Assembly (NCBI GenBank): GCA_002507175.1
Contig: DAZE01000005.1
Coordinates: 20,980-84,979 of the forward strand
DNA from: Euryarchaeota archaeon UBA558
GTDB lineage: Archaea > Thermoplasmatota > Poseidoniia > Poseidoniales > Thalassarchaeaceae
Direction of reading: 5' to 3'
DNA: 64,000 nt
Shown: positions 7,662 through 16,358 of the stretch, one piece after another
Numbering within the stretch: the first letter of the stretch is position 1
How the letters are laid out: each line of letters starts with the position of its first letter
Translations under genes and position numbers: made by a program
The notes under the pieces: model-generated
Seen by the model: only the letters and a program-made list of their open reading frames with translations
Told to the model about the DNA's origin: nothing
Database searches by the model: none

Positions 7662-9965
7662 ATGAACGAGCAAAAGAACCAGGAATGGAACCTGCTTGTT
7701 CCACTGGCCCCAGCCATCGCCCTCGTACCCGTGTTGGTGGTCATGGGCGTCGAGCCGATCGATCTTGGATTCGCCGCAATCGCTGCACCCCTAGCTATGT
7801 TTCCCGTAGTATTGCTCATAGGCCAGATATGGAATGGGAACGAAAAATGGGTCAGTCGATTCAAGGAGGGAGGAATTCTTGCTCTATCAGCGCTGTCAGT
7901 ATCCCTGATAGCCGGCCTGTGGATGGTTTTGGATTTCTTGGGCGCTGGTGAAAAGAAAGTGCATGGCGACCCCCTAACATGGCTTGACTTCGATGTCCTA
8001 CGTTATGACGGAACACAGTGGAACATTGATGCAGGGTTCACAAACATCTCATTTGGTATTTGGCTCGACCCAATCAGCGCAATGCTGCTCTTCGTTGCAA
8101 CATTTCTGTGCTTCCTGATATGCTGGTTTGCGATTGGCTACATGACCACTGATGACATCAACTCAAACAGGAACCATCGCTTCTTCGCCGAATTCATCCT
8201 ATTCAGCATGGGGATGTTTGGAATGGTGTTGGCTGACAGCTTCCTTTGGTTGTTTATTTTCTGGGAGATCATGGGACTGTGCTCCTATTTGCTAATTGGA
8301 TTCTACTACTGGAAGGAAAGCGCTGCAGCCGCTGCCAAGAAGGCATTCATGACAACAAGGGTGGGGGATGTTTTCCTCATGGTAGGTCTCTTGATGTTGT
8401 ATGACATATACGGATCACTCGACTTCGCAGTTGTTTTTGACAATCCCTCCACTGGGGTGGGGGAGGCCCCGGTCAAAGCGTCGGAGCTCCAACCAGCCCT
8501 GCTCATGCTTTTCATCGGGTGCGTCGGGAAATCAGCTCAATTCCCCCTCCATGTCTGGTTGCCAGATGCTATGGAGGGCCCGACCCCTGTCTCTGCATTG
8601 ATTCATGCTGCAACGATGGTCAATGCTGGACTTTACCTTGTGGCTAGAATGGTTCCCTTCGTCGACGTTGATTACTATGGCGTGATGGGTATGGAGGATC
8701 TAGGAATCATAATCGCATGGGTTGGCGGAATCACCGCATTCATGGCGGCTTCGATTGCCTTCGTACAGAATGACATCAAGAAGGTCCTTGCATATTCCAC
8801 CATGAGCCAACTGGCCTATATTTTCCTAGGTCTCGGCTCCGCATTGTACCTAATGTCAACTGGACACAGGTACGAGGGACTTTTCGTGTTGGGTGGGGCC
8901 CTCTTCCATCTTTTCAATCACGCAATGGCCAAGGGTATGCTGTTCATGGCAAGTGGCTCAGTGATCCATGAAATGCACCATGCTCACCATGAACTCCATC
9001 ACCACGACGGACACGGCCAACACGATGACCACGATGAACACTTTGACGCTCAGGACATGAGAAACATGGGAGGGCTAGCCTCCAAGATGCCAGTGACCTC
9101 AATCGCCATGATGCTAGGAAGCATGTCGATTATTGGTATACCCCTAATTGGAGGCTTTTGGTCCAAGGAAGCAATAATCGCTGAGACATGGTTAGGTGCT
9201 CTAGAGTATGAGCCACTTCTTCTTGGTCCCGCTATTCTCGCGGTTCTGACCGCCGGCATGACTGGATTTTACATGTCCAGGATGTGGATGATGACGTTTG
9301 CTGGTGAACCTAAACACAATGCAGCATCGCACGTCCATGAGGAGACGCTTTGGATAAAGACGCCACTGATCACTCTCTCCATCGTCACTGCTACAACGGG
9401 GGCCCTACTAGCATTCTTCCATATCGGGGAATTCCTCAGCAGCAAAGACTACTCAATGGGCCTTGATGACCTTGACGTCACAAAAGCCCTTCAGATTGCC
9501 TTCCTCCCAGAGAAGCGGACCTTAATGGCCGTTGGTTATGTGACGATAGCCCTCTCCACATTCGTCGGCCCAATTATTGCCATGAAAGTTCACGGTGGTA
9601 GCCTCAAAGAAGGCCAAGAAGCCAATGTGGCGGTATCATGGCTCGTCAGCCTATCTGCGGCCTTCAAGACCATTGATGTGTCTGGAATGGCGAACAGCAG
9701 CCTTTCAGATTCACTTCGAAAGCGCCTTCATTTCGATGACCTATATGACTGGGGAATTTCAAAAACGATCGCTCCAATGGCAAAATTTTCTGCATGGTTC
9801 GACGCTAACGTAATTGACGGGATTGTGAAGCTCGTCGAAAGAACCAGTATACAGGGGTCCCATTGGATCAGGACATACACGACAGGCAGCACAAGGGACT
9901 ACATCCTCATGGCCGCAGTCGGAGCCCTCTCGATTTTCATACTAATTATGGGGGTGACCATTTGA
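7662..9965 (+). CDS. nuoL: NADH-quinone oxidoreductase subunit L (antiporter-like), with a His-rich insertion
   Basis: A polytopic protein with the NuoL/Mrp-antiporter core (WLPDAMEGPTPVSALIHAATMV). At 767 aa it exceeds the usual 600-650. It contains an HEMHHAHHELHHHDGHGQHDDHDEH segment. Confidence 0.9.
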   Translation: MNEQKNQEWNLLVPLAPAIALVPVLVVMGVEPIDLGFAAIAAPLAMFPVVLLIGQIWNGNEKWVSRFKEGGILALSALSVSLIAGLWMVLDFLGAGEKKVHGDPLTWLDFDVLRYDGTQWNIDAGFTNISFGIWLDPISAMLLFVATFLCFLICWFAIGYMTTDDINSNRNHRFFAEFILFSMGMFGMVLADSFLWLFIFWEIMGLCSYLLIGFYYWKESAAAAAKKAFMTTRVGDVFLMVGLLMLYDIYGSLDFAVVFDNPSTGVGEAPVKASELQPALLMLFIGCVGKSAQFPLHVWLPDAMEGPTPVSALIHAATMVNAGLYLVARMVPFVDVDYYGVMGMEDLGIIIAWVGGITAFMAASIAFVQNDIKKVLAYSTMSQLAYIFLGLGSALYLMSTGHRYEGLFVLGGALFHLFNHAMAKGMLFMASGSVIHEMHHAHHELHHHDGHGQHDDHDEHFDAQDMRNMGGLASKMPVTSIAMMLGSMSIIGIPLIGGFWSKEAIIAETWLGALEYEPLLLGPAILAVLTAGMTGFYMSRMWMMTFAGEPKHNAASHVHEETLWIKTPLITLSIVTATTGALLAFFHIGEFLSSKDYSMGLDDLDVTKALQIAFLPEKRTLMAVGYVTIALSTFVGPIIAMKVHGGSLKEGQEANVAVSWLVSLSAAFKTIDVSGMANSSLSDSLRKRLHFDDLYDWGISKTIAPMAKFSAWFDANVIDGIVKLVERTSIQGSHWIRTYTTGSTRDYILMAAVGALSIFILIMGVTI

Positions 9966-11581
9966 GTTTCACCGGACCCCTCAGCATAATCACCCTCGTA
10001 CCACTCCTCTCCGGATTGATACTACTTGTCCTCCCGAATGTCCTCCCCAGTGATATCTCGATGAGGATGAAAGCTTCCGTCAGGAACGTAGCGATTGGCC
10101 TCTCATCGGCCATATTCCTTCTCACGACGTTAATTTTCGTCGGGACCATTGGACAGATAGATTGGCTGTCAATTGGCATGGGGGACTACGTCCTTGAGAC
10201 TGAGGACCCAGTCTGGCTGATCGAGTCGATCGGTGTCACCTGGCACCTCGGGACTGATGCGTTGTCCTTCCCGATGATTTGGCTCACCACGCTTCTGATT
10301 CCAATTTCCATGTTAGTTCAATGGGATGCCGAGGATGGTCACAGTTTCCATTCACTCCTGTTGATCATGGAGGGAGCCCTCATCGGAGTTTTCGTCTCTC
10401 TCGACCTCTTTGTTTTCTACATCTTCTGGGAACTCACGTTGGTCCCGATGTTTTTCCTGATTATGATCTGGGGTGGAGAGGACAGAAAATACGCATCGAT
10501 GAAGTTCTTCATCTACACATTCACGGCAAGCGTCTTGATGCTTGTAGGAATTCTAGTGATGTACTTCAACACAGTTGCAGATCCAAACTACGCAGGGACG
10601 CTAACTGGCCATCACTTCAACTTAGTATTGATGACCGAACAATCAAGGGTTGACGGACTGATAAACAGTGAGGGCCTCAGACACTTTGTCTGGCTCCTAC
10701 TGCTTATCGGCTTTGCGACAAAGATGCCCAGCGTACCAGTCCACACTTGGCTACCCGATGCTCACGTCCAAGCCCCTACCGCGGGCTCCATGCTTCTAGC
10801 CGGGGTCATGCTGAAGATGGGTGCATATGGGTTCCTGAGGATCGCAGTTGCTATGTTCCCAGAATCCACACTCACATTCGTTCCTCTCCTAGTCTTCCTA
10901 GGTATGGCGAGTCTGGTTTACGGAGCGGTAGTGTGTCTCGGGCAAACGAATCTAAAGAGGATGGTCGCGTATTCATCTGTTTCCCACATGGGCCTGATCT
11001 TCCTCGGGATTGCCACAATGCAGCCCCTCGGGTTTGCAGGCGCGCTGTTCATGATGTTCGCCCATGGTATCATCAGCCCTCTGCTGTTCGCTGTCGCTGG
11101 CTCGTTCAAACACCACTACCACACACTCGAGATCGGGTCAATGAGGGGGATTGCCCACCATTCCCCCTTCCTGGCAGGACACATGATGCTTGGTTGGATG
11201 GGTAGCCTCGGACTACCCTTGTTGGCGGGTTTCGTCGCTGAGGTAGCGATTATGATCGCCTTCTGGATGACGTTTGGTTGGTGGGTCCTCCTACCGGCAC
11301 TAACCCTGATCTTCACTGCCCTGTATTACCTTACTTCGATGCAGAAGATGATTTTTGAGTCCGATGATCCGCACATAGGAAAACTCCCAGACACCATGCA
11401 TGACGAAGAACCAAGGGACGTCACGTGGCATGAGAATGCCGGTATGTTTGTCCTCGGCGTTTTGACGATCCTATTCGGTATACTTCCGTTCATATTCTGG
11501 GACATGATGTCCGTTTGGAGCACTGAATTCATTCAGACTTACCTAGTACATGCAATGAACATGCTGGAGGCCTCTCCATGA
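9962..11581 (+). CDS. nuoM: NADH-quinone oxidoreductase subunit M
   Basis: The NuoM/antiporter core is present (WLPDAHVQAPTAGSMLLAGVMLKMGAYG). The probable start is TTG 9962, overlapping the nuoL stop in a TTGA arrangement. The first in-frame ATG lies far downstream and would delete TM1. Start choice is an inference. Confidence 0.8.
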   Translation: MSFTGPLSIITLVPLLSGLILLVLPNVLPSDISMRMKASVRNVAIGLSSAIFLLTTLIFVGTIGQIDWLSIGMGDYVLETEDPVWLIESIGVTWHLGTDALSFPMIWLTTLLIPISMLVQWDAEDGHSFHSLLLIMEGALIGVFVSLDLFVFYIFWELTLVPMFFLIMIWGGEDRKYASMKFFIYTFTASVLMLVGILVMYFNTVADPNYAGTLTGHHFNLVLMTEQSRVDGLINSEGLRHFVWLLLLIGFATKMPSVPVHTWLPDAHVQAPTAGSMLLAGVMLKMGAYGFLRIAVAMFPESTLTFVPLLVFLGMASLVYGAVVCLGQTNLKRMVAYSSVSHMGLIFLGIATMQPLGFAGALFMMFAHGIISPLLFAVAGSFKHHYHTLEIGSMRGIAHHSPFLAGHMMLGWMGSLGLPLLAGFVAEVAIMIAFWMTFGWWVLLPALTLIFTALYYLTSMQKMIFESDDPHIGKLPDTMHDEEPRDVTWHENAGMFVLGVLTILFGILPFIFWDMMSVWSTEFIQTYLVHAMNMLEASP

Positions 11582-13245
11582 TACTATCCTCGTCCGAAGC
11601 CGCAGCCATGGCTCCAGAGATGGCGATAATGGCCGGAATACTATTTGCCATCCTTGTGCCAAACCTCGGAGACGCAAAGGCGAGGATCCCACTGACGAGC
11701 TTCAAGTTTCCAATTCTGTGGGGCGGGACTCGATTCGAGATTACCTCCGACCCCAGAGCCCCAGGAATAATCTCAACAGTATCCCTTGCTGTTGCTTGCA
11801 TCCTGTCATTATACGCCATTGAGTCATCGGACGGTAAGACAATATCCGGAGTGATGGAAATCACAGGTTTCGGCAGATTCATGTCTATGGTTTTCACAGC
11901 CGCTCTGGCAATAACAGCAGCGGCGTCGATTTACAGGATACCCTCTACAAAGATCACTGTTGATGACGCCAAGGATGCCGATGAGAGAACCACACTCAGC
12001 CTGATGGACAACAGAAGGCAAGTCGATTTACATATCCTCCTGATGATGGTAGCGCTGGGAATGAGCCTAATGGCTCTGTCAACCAATCTATTTTTCCTAA
12101 TTGTATGTCTGGAGTTGGCATCTATGGCATCATACGTTCTCGTTGGCTTCCACAAGGAGAGCAGAATCGGTGGTGAGGCGGGTGTCAAGTACTTCATCGT
12201 CGGATCAATCGCCTCTGCGACTGGAATTTACGGCATGTCGCTATTGTACCTCTGGGCTGGCAGTTTGGACTTCGCCGGCCTTTCGGCAAGTTGGGCGGCG
12301 ATGGACACACTCGACCCACTCGCGGGAATTGGCGTCGGCCTCATGCTGGTGGCATTCGGCTTCAAAGTCAGCGCCGCACCCTTCCACCTCGCAGCACCTG
12401 ATGCCTATTCTGGTACCAATGCACCAATCGCAGGCATGCTCGCAACGGCCTCGAAAGCCATGGGGTTCGTCGCCATGATGCGAGTCCTTGTTGGGTTCGC
12501 AGCCCCCAATGAAGCGGTGACAGCATGGGCACCCGCACTGGGCGTCCTCGCCATCATAACGATGACTTGGGGCAATCTCGCCGCTTTGTCCTCTGAAAAT
12601 CCAAAGCGCATGTTAGCCTACTCCAGTGTGGCACATGCAGGTTACATGTTGGCAGCATTGGCCGCGCTCGGCTCCGGACTTGCTGATTCCAATACCCAAG
12701 ATCTGCTTCAAATGGCCATAGTCTTCCACTTATCGGTCTTGGTCCTCTTCAAGATGGGGGCGTTCCTCGTACTCACACTACTGGAGATAGAAGGCACAGG
12801 AAAATCGATATCAGACATGAATGGATTAGCTCGTAGGGACCCCATCGTTGCAAGTTCGATGTTCGTATTCATGCTGTCACTGGCTGGAATCCCTCCCCTT
12901 TCTGGCTTCCTTTCCAAGTTCCTAATGATCAATGGGTTGGTTACCACCACAACTGACACTGGTGCTGCCACAGCCGCCAACGCCATGAGCTGGCTGCAAT
13001 CAGTTGATCCATACTTCCTGTTGGCACTCGCGATAGTCCTGAACAGCGCCCTATCCCTGTTTTACTACCTGAGAATCGGCCTATTGATGTTCTTCGAAGA
13101 ACCAGTCACGGATTCTCCACTGCCAAAAGCACCACTGCTCAGAGTGGCCATTCTCGTCTCCATGGTTTTGACGGTGCTGTTCGGACTCGGCCCAGCAAGT
13201 GAATGGCTCTTGTCCCTCGTAGAGACAGCCATCTCAACATTCTAG
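11578..13245 (+). CDS. nuoN: NADH-quinone oxidoreductase subunit N
   Basis: It has an ATGA overlap with nuoM and is a polytopic antiporter-like subunit (KVSAAPFHLAAPDAYSGTNAPIAGM, YSSVAHAGYM). It is the last gene of the operon. Confidence 0.85.
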   Translation: MILSSSEAAAMAPEMAIMAGILFAILVPNLGDAKARIPLTSFKFPILWGGTRFEITSDPRAPGIISTVSLAVACILSLYAIESSDGKTISGVMEITGFGRFMSMVFTAALAITAAASIYRIPSTKITVDDAKDADERTTLSLMDNRRQVDLHILLMMVALGMSLMALSTNLFFLIVCLELASMASYVLVGFHKESRIGGEAGVKYFIVGSIASATGIYGMSLLYLWAGSLDFAGLSASWAAMDTLDPLAGIGVGLMLVAFGFKVSAAPFHLAAPDAYSGTNAPIAGMLATASKAMGFVAMMRVLVGFAAPNEAVTAWAPALGVLAIITMTWGNLAALSSENPKRMLAYSSVAHAGYMLAALAALGSGLADSNTQDLLQMAIVFHLSVLVLFKMGAFLVLTLLEIEGTGKSISDMNGLARRDPIVASSMFVFMLSLAGIPPLSGFLSKFLMINGLVTTTTDTGAATAANAMSWLQSVDPYFLLALAIVLNSALSLFYYLRIGLLMFFEEPVTDSPLPKAPLLRVAILVSMVLTVLFGLGPASEWLLSLVETAISTF

Positions 13246-13293
13246 CATCGACAGTGGTGGTAGGTTCACATAGGAAACCCCCGACGACAATGC

Positions 13294-13845
13294 ATGGCAC
13301 GTCGCGCAGAAAGGGTCGACTCCGAACTCCTTGCACGATTGGAGTCAGGTGGGAGCGACAAGATCAGGGTTCCCTTACCAAACAGGAAGATCAACGAGAT
13401 GTTTGCGATAGCTGACCAGATTCTTGGTGGGCGGAGGGTGACGGCCGTCTGCGAGGATGGAGAATCAAGACTTGCCCGAATTCCTGGGAAGATGCGACGC
13501 CGACAATGGGTGCGAGAAGGTGATTTGATAGTCGTTCAACCCTGGGATTTCCAAGACTCGAAGGCAGATGTCAGAAGTAGATACACAAAGACGCAGTCAA
13601 TCTACCTCTCACGGAAAGGAGTGCTGCCGGAGATAGTCGATCTCTTCGGATACTCAGACGATGACATAACAGCCATGGATGAGGGCGACATGGAATATGA
13701 CGACCAACCCACAGAGGAAAGGACGAAGTCCGAGGAACCGTTGGAAACCGATCAGGACAATGAGCTAGACCAAATTACAGAGGAAGCCACAGATACCATG
13801 GTCACCAGAAGAGATGAGGACGACATAGATTCATTCTTCGGTTGA
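13294..13845 (+). CDS. eif1a: Translation initiation factor 1A (aIF1A/eIF1A family) with a long acidic C-terminal tail
   Basis: The OB-fold core aligns to eIF1A: NEMFAIADQILGGRRVTAVCEDGESRLARIPGKMRRRQWVREGDLIVVQPWDFQDSKADVRSRY, where GKMRRR..W..GD and KADV are the family signatures. Archaeal aIF1A is normally about 95-115 aa. This ORF is 183 aa and ends in a D/E-rich tail (…DDDITAMDEGDMEYDD…RRDEDDIDSFFG). Confidence 0.8.
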   Translation: MARRAERVDSELLARLESGGSDKIRVPLPNRKINEMFAIADQILGGRRVTAVCEDGESRLARIPGKMRRRQWVREGDLIVVQPWDFQDSKADVRSRYTKTQSIYLSRKGVLPEIVDLFGYSDDDITAMDEGDMEYDDQPTEERTKSEEPLETDQDNELDQITEEATDTMVTRRDEDDIDSFFG

Positions 13846-13852
13846 GTTTTCC

Positions 13853-14710
13853 ATGGCCATCGACATCATCAGCATCCTAATCCCTGCAGTCTTTGCCGGG
13901 CTTGTAGCAATCATATCTACCGTCTTTGTGGAACGTGGTGGTGGTGCTATCGGGGGAATCATAACCCTGCCGACCACAATCGTCCCTGCCAGCCTAGGTA
14001 TTTGGTCGGAGGTCGGATCAGAGGAGTCTTTCTCCGCAGCCATGTCAATAGTGCCGGTTGGCATGCTCCTGAATCTGCTCTTTTTGGGGATATGGAGAAA
14101 CTCTCCCATGTGGTTTGGTGGCCTGTTGAAGGGAAACTCCCTACTCACCGCCGTCTCCGTGTTATCAGTGGCCCTGTGGGCCATCTTCGCCGGCATTTCC
14201 GCGTCCATAGTGGAAATGACATCAAATTCAATCGATCCTCTAATGATTGCGATAACGACAACATCGGCTTCCATTGTTTTGGGATTTGTGGCAGTGAAGT
14301 CGAACCCCACAGCACCAGCCGGAAAGAATGCAGTTGGCTGGGGCGTCTTGTTGGTCAGGGGCACAGCTGCTGGCTTAGCGATTGGGGCCTCAGTATGGAT
14401 TGCATCGATGGGTTTGCCATTCATTTCTGGAATAATCTCTGTCTTCCCAGCCATATTTCTAACCACCATGGTTTCGCTTTGGCTGTCCCAGGGACCTGAA
14501 GTCCCCATCGGAGCTGCTGGACCCATGATGTTGGGATCAGCCTCGGTATCCATCTATGCCATCCTCACCATTTTCCTGTTCCCTGTGATGAGCCCTTGGA
14601 TGGGGGCGATAATTTCATGGTTCATTGTCATAGGTACTTTTACAGCCCCAGTTGGTTATTGGACATGGCGAACTCTTGATGGAGGAGAAGTGCAGGTGAG
14701 TAATGGATGA
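13853..14710 (+). CDS. Polytopic membrane protein of unknown function
   Basis: It is 285 aa with about 8 predicted TM helices rich in Gly/Ala/Ile. It starts 8 nt after aIF1A and overlaps the RIO kinase start in an ATGA arrangement, so it is probably co-transcribed. Confidence 0.5.
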   Translation: MAIDIISILIPAVFAGLVAIISTVFVERGGGAIGGIITLPTTIVPASLGIWSEVGSEESFSAAMSIVPVGMLLNLLFLGIWRNSPMWFGGLLKGNSLLTAVSVLSVALWAIFAGISASIVEMTSNSIDPLMIAITTTSASIVLGFVAVKSNPTAPAGKNAVGWGVLLVRGTAAGLAIGASVWIASMGLPFISGIISVFPAIFLTTMVSLWLSQGPEVPIGAAGPMMLGSASVSIYAILTIFLFPVMSPWMGAIISWFIVIGTFTAPVGYWTWRTLDGGEVQVSNG

Positions 14711-15594
14711 GGAAGCCAGAGGACGAAGAGTGGGAGGACAAGCCCGGCTACGGGGATGATTCAGTACCTACACAGCATTGGATGGAGGAACCGAGATACA
14801 AGCAACTATTCAATGAAATAGAGGACAAGATATCCGGCGTCCTGGGGAAAGGCGAATTTGAGTGGTCTGATAGAAGGGTCTTCGATAGCGTCTTTGATCA
14901 AAGCACACTCCTAGCACTCCACAAATTGATGGAGGGAGGGGAGATCGATACCCTCGACTTTCCGATAGCAAGAGGAAAAGAGGCACATGTATTCCATGCT
15001 ACGAGTTCAACTGGGCCGGTGGCCGTGAAGATATTCCATACTACTAACGCCGTCTTCAAATCGCTCTCCAAATACATAGACGGAGACCCAAGATTCGGCG
15101 GGTTGAAAAGGCGACATAGGGAAATTGTCAACGTATGGGTGAGAAAAGAAGTTAGGAACCTTCGACGTTGCAGAAGACATGGAATTCCTGCTCCTATGCC
15201 TAGAGCCAATTACAAGAACGTCCTCGTAATGGACCTAATCGGAAGCCTGAACGAACCATCGCCTAGACTCAGAGATGTCACAGTTCCAAATGTAGAGAAA
15301 GTGTTCAACGAATTGATAAAAATGATATCTGTCATGTGGCAAAGAGCCACGATGGTCCACTCTGATTTCAGCGAATACAACATACTCTGGCATGAGGATG
15401 AACCATGGATTATCGACGTTGGACAGGCCGTCGTCGAACAACACCCTTCAGCTAGGGAGTTCCTAGTTCGGGACGTAACAAGAATTGTTGAGTGGGCAAA
15501 TCGTAGTGGCATCAAGGTCGATGTCGCGGAGGCGTTGCTGAGAGTTATCGACGATCCAGCTCCAGAATTAGAACCTCTGCCTGGATTGGATTGA
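14707..15594 (+). CDS. rio1: RIO-type serine/threonine protein kinase (Rio1-like)
   Basis: RIO signatures are present: ARGKEAHVFHA (GKEAxVY-type ATP-binding loop), VAVKIFHTT, and the catalytic/metal-binding region MVHSDFSEYNILWHEDEPWIIDVGQAV (hGDLSEYNIL…IDxxQ). Confidence 0.85.
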   Translation: MRKPEDEEWEDKPGYGDDSVPTQHWMEEPRYKQLFNEIEDKISGVLGKGEFEWSDRRVFDSVFDQSTLLALHKLMEGGEIDTLDFPIARGKEAHVFHATSSTGPVAVKIFHTTNAVFKSLSKYIDGDPRFGGLKRRHREIVNVWVRKEVRNLRRCRRHGIPAPMPRANYKNVLVMDLIGSLNEPSPRLRDVTVPNVEKVFNELIKMISVMWQRATMVHSDFSEYNILWHEDEPWIIDVGQAVVEQHPSAREFLVRDVTRIVEWANRSGIKVDVAEALLRVIDDPAPELEPLPGLD

Positions 15595-15619
15595 ATAAGG
15601 ACGTTTAGGAGAAAGGGAC

Positions 15620-16333
15620 ATGGAATCACTCACTAGGATACCCAAGGAACGCATTGCAGTTCTCATCGGAAAGGGGGGCGAAACAAGGAAATCAATAGAA
15701 GAGGCCTCTGGAGTAAAACTCCACATTGATTCCACCACGGGTGAGGTTTCGGTGGACTGGCCGACCGACGTCGACCCGGTTTTGAGACTGAAACTTCCGG
15801 ACATAATCCGCGCCATAGGCAGGGGCCTTGCTCCCAACCGGGCCCTTCGGTTGATCGGAGATGATGCTTTCCTGCGCATCTACGACATAAGGGAATGGGT
15901 CGGGAGGAAAGGGAACCACACCCGCCGTATGCGCAGTAGGCTCATTGGCAGGGACGGGAGGATTAGATCTCTGATCGAGAGTTTTACTGGCACGGAGATC
16001 GCAATTCATGGATCCACAGTGGTAGTCATTGGGGATGAATTGGGCTTAATGACAGCCTGCACCGCCATCGAGGGTCTCTTGGATGGCGCTGAGCACAGCA
16101 CCGTGATCAGGGGCATGGAAAGGGACGTACGCAGAAGGAGGATCGAAGATAGGAGCCTGGATAGCTATCAAGTCAAAGATGCCACGACAAACACTGCTAC
16201 AGAGTTCGAGGATCTGGTGCCAAGATTGGCTGAAATTAGAAACAGAAGGAAAAACATCGACACCCAAGAACTCACCGAAGATATCGGGACAACGGAAGCA
16301 GATCATGATACGGGTGCGCACTCCGAGGAATGA
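15620..16333 (+). CDS. KH-domain RNA-binding protein (archaeal Dim2/Pno1-like)
   Basis: It has two KH GXXG motifs (IGKGGETRKSIEEASGV and IGRDGRIRSLIESFTG) and an acidic C-terminal tail. It lies immediately downstream of RIO1. Confidence 0.75.
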   Translation: MESLTRIPKERIAVLIGKGGETRKSIEEASGVKLHIDSTTGEVSVDWPTDVDPVLRLKLPDIIRAIGRGLAPNRALRLIGDDAFLRIYDIREWVGRKGNHTRRMRSRLIGRDGRIRSLIESFTGTEIAIHGSTVVVIGDELGLMTACTAIEGLLDGAEHSTVIRGMERDVRRRRIEDRSLDSYQVKDATTNTATEFEDLVPRLAEIRNRRKNIDTQELTEDIGTTEADHDTGAHSEE

Positions 16334-16358
16334 CGGATTATGACTGCCTAAACGGAGG

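Noticed and set aside
8962-9060. His-rich stretch in NuoL as possible cloning artefact or His-tag contamination
   Set aside because: The segment is in-frame within a conserved chromosomal gene. It uses mixed cat/cac codons interspersed with D/E/G/Q. It is not a uniform His6-10 run flanked by vector sequence.
13831-14553. 240-aa minus-strand ORF and 165-aa plus-strand ORF (14002-14499) overlapping the membrane-protein gene 13853-14710
   Set aside because: These are antisense or alternate-frame ORFs inside a gene whose sense frame encodes coherent TM helices. They show a low-complexity composition typical of GC-rich antisense frames.
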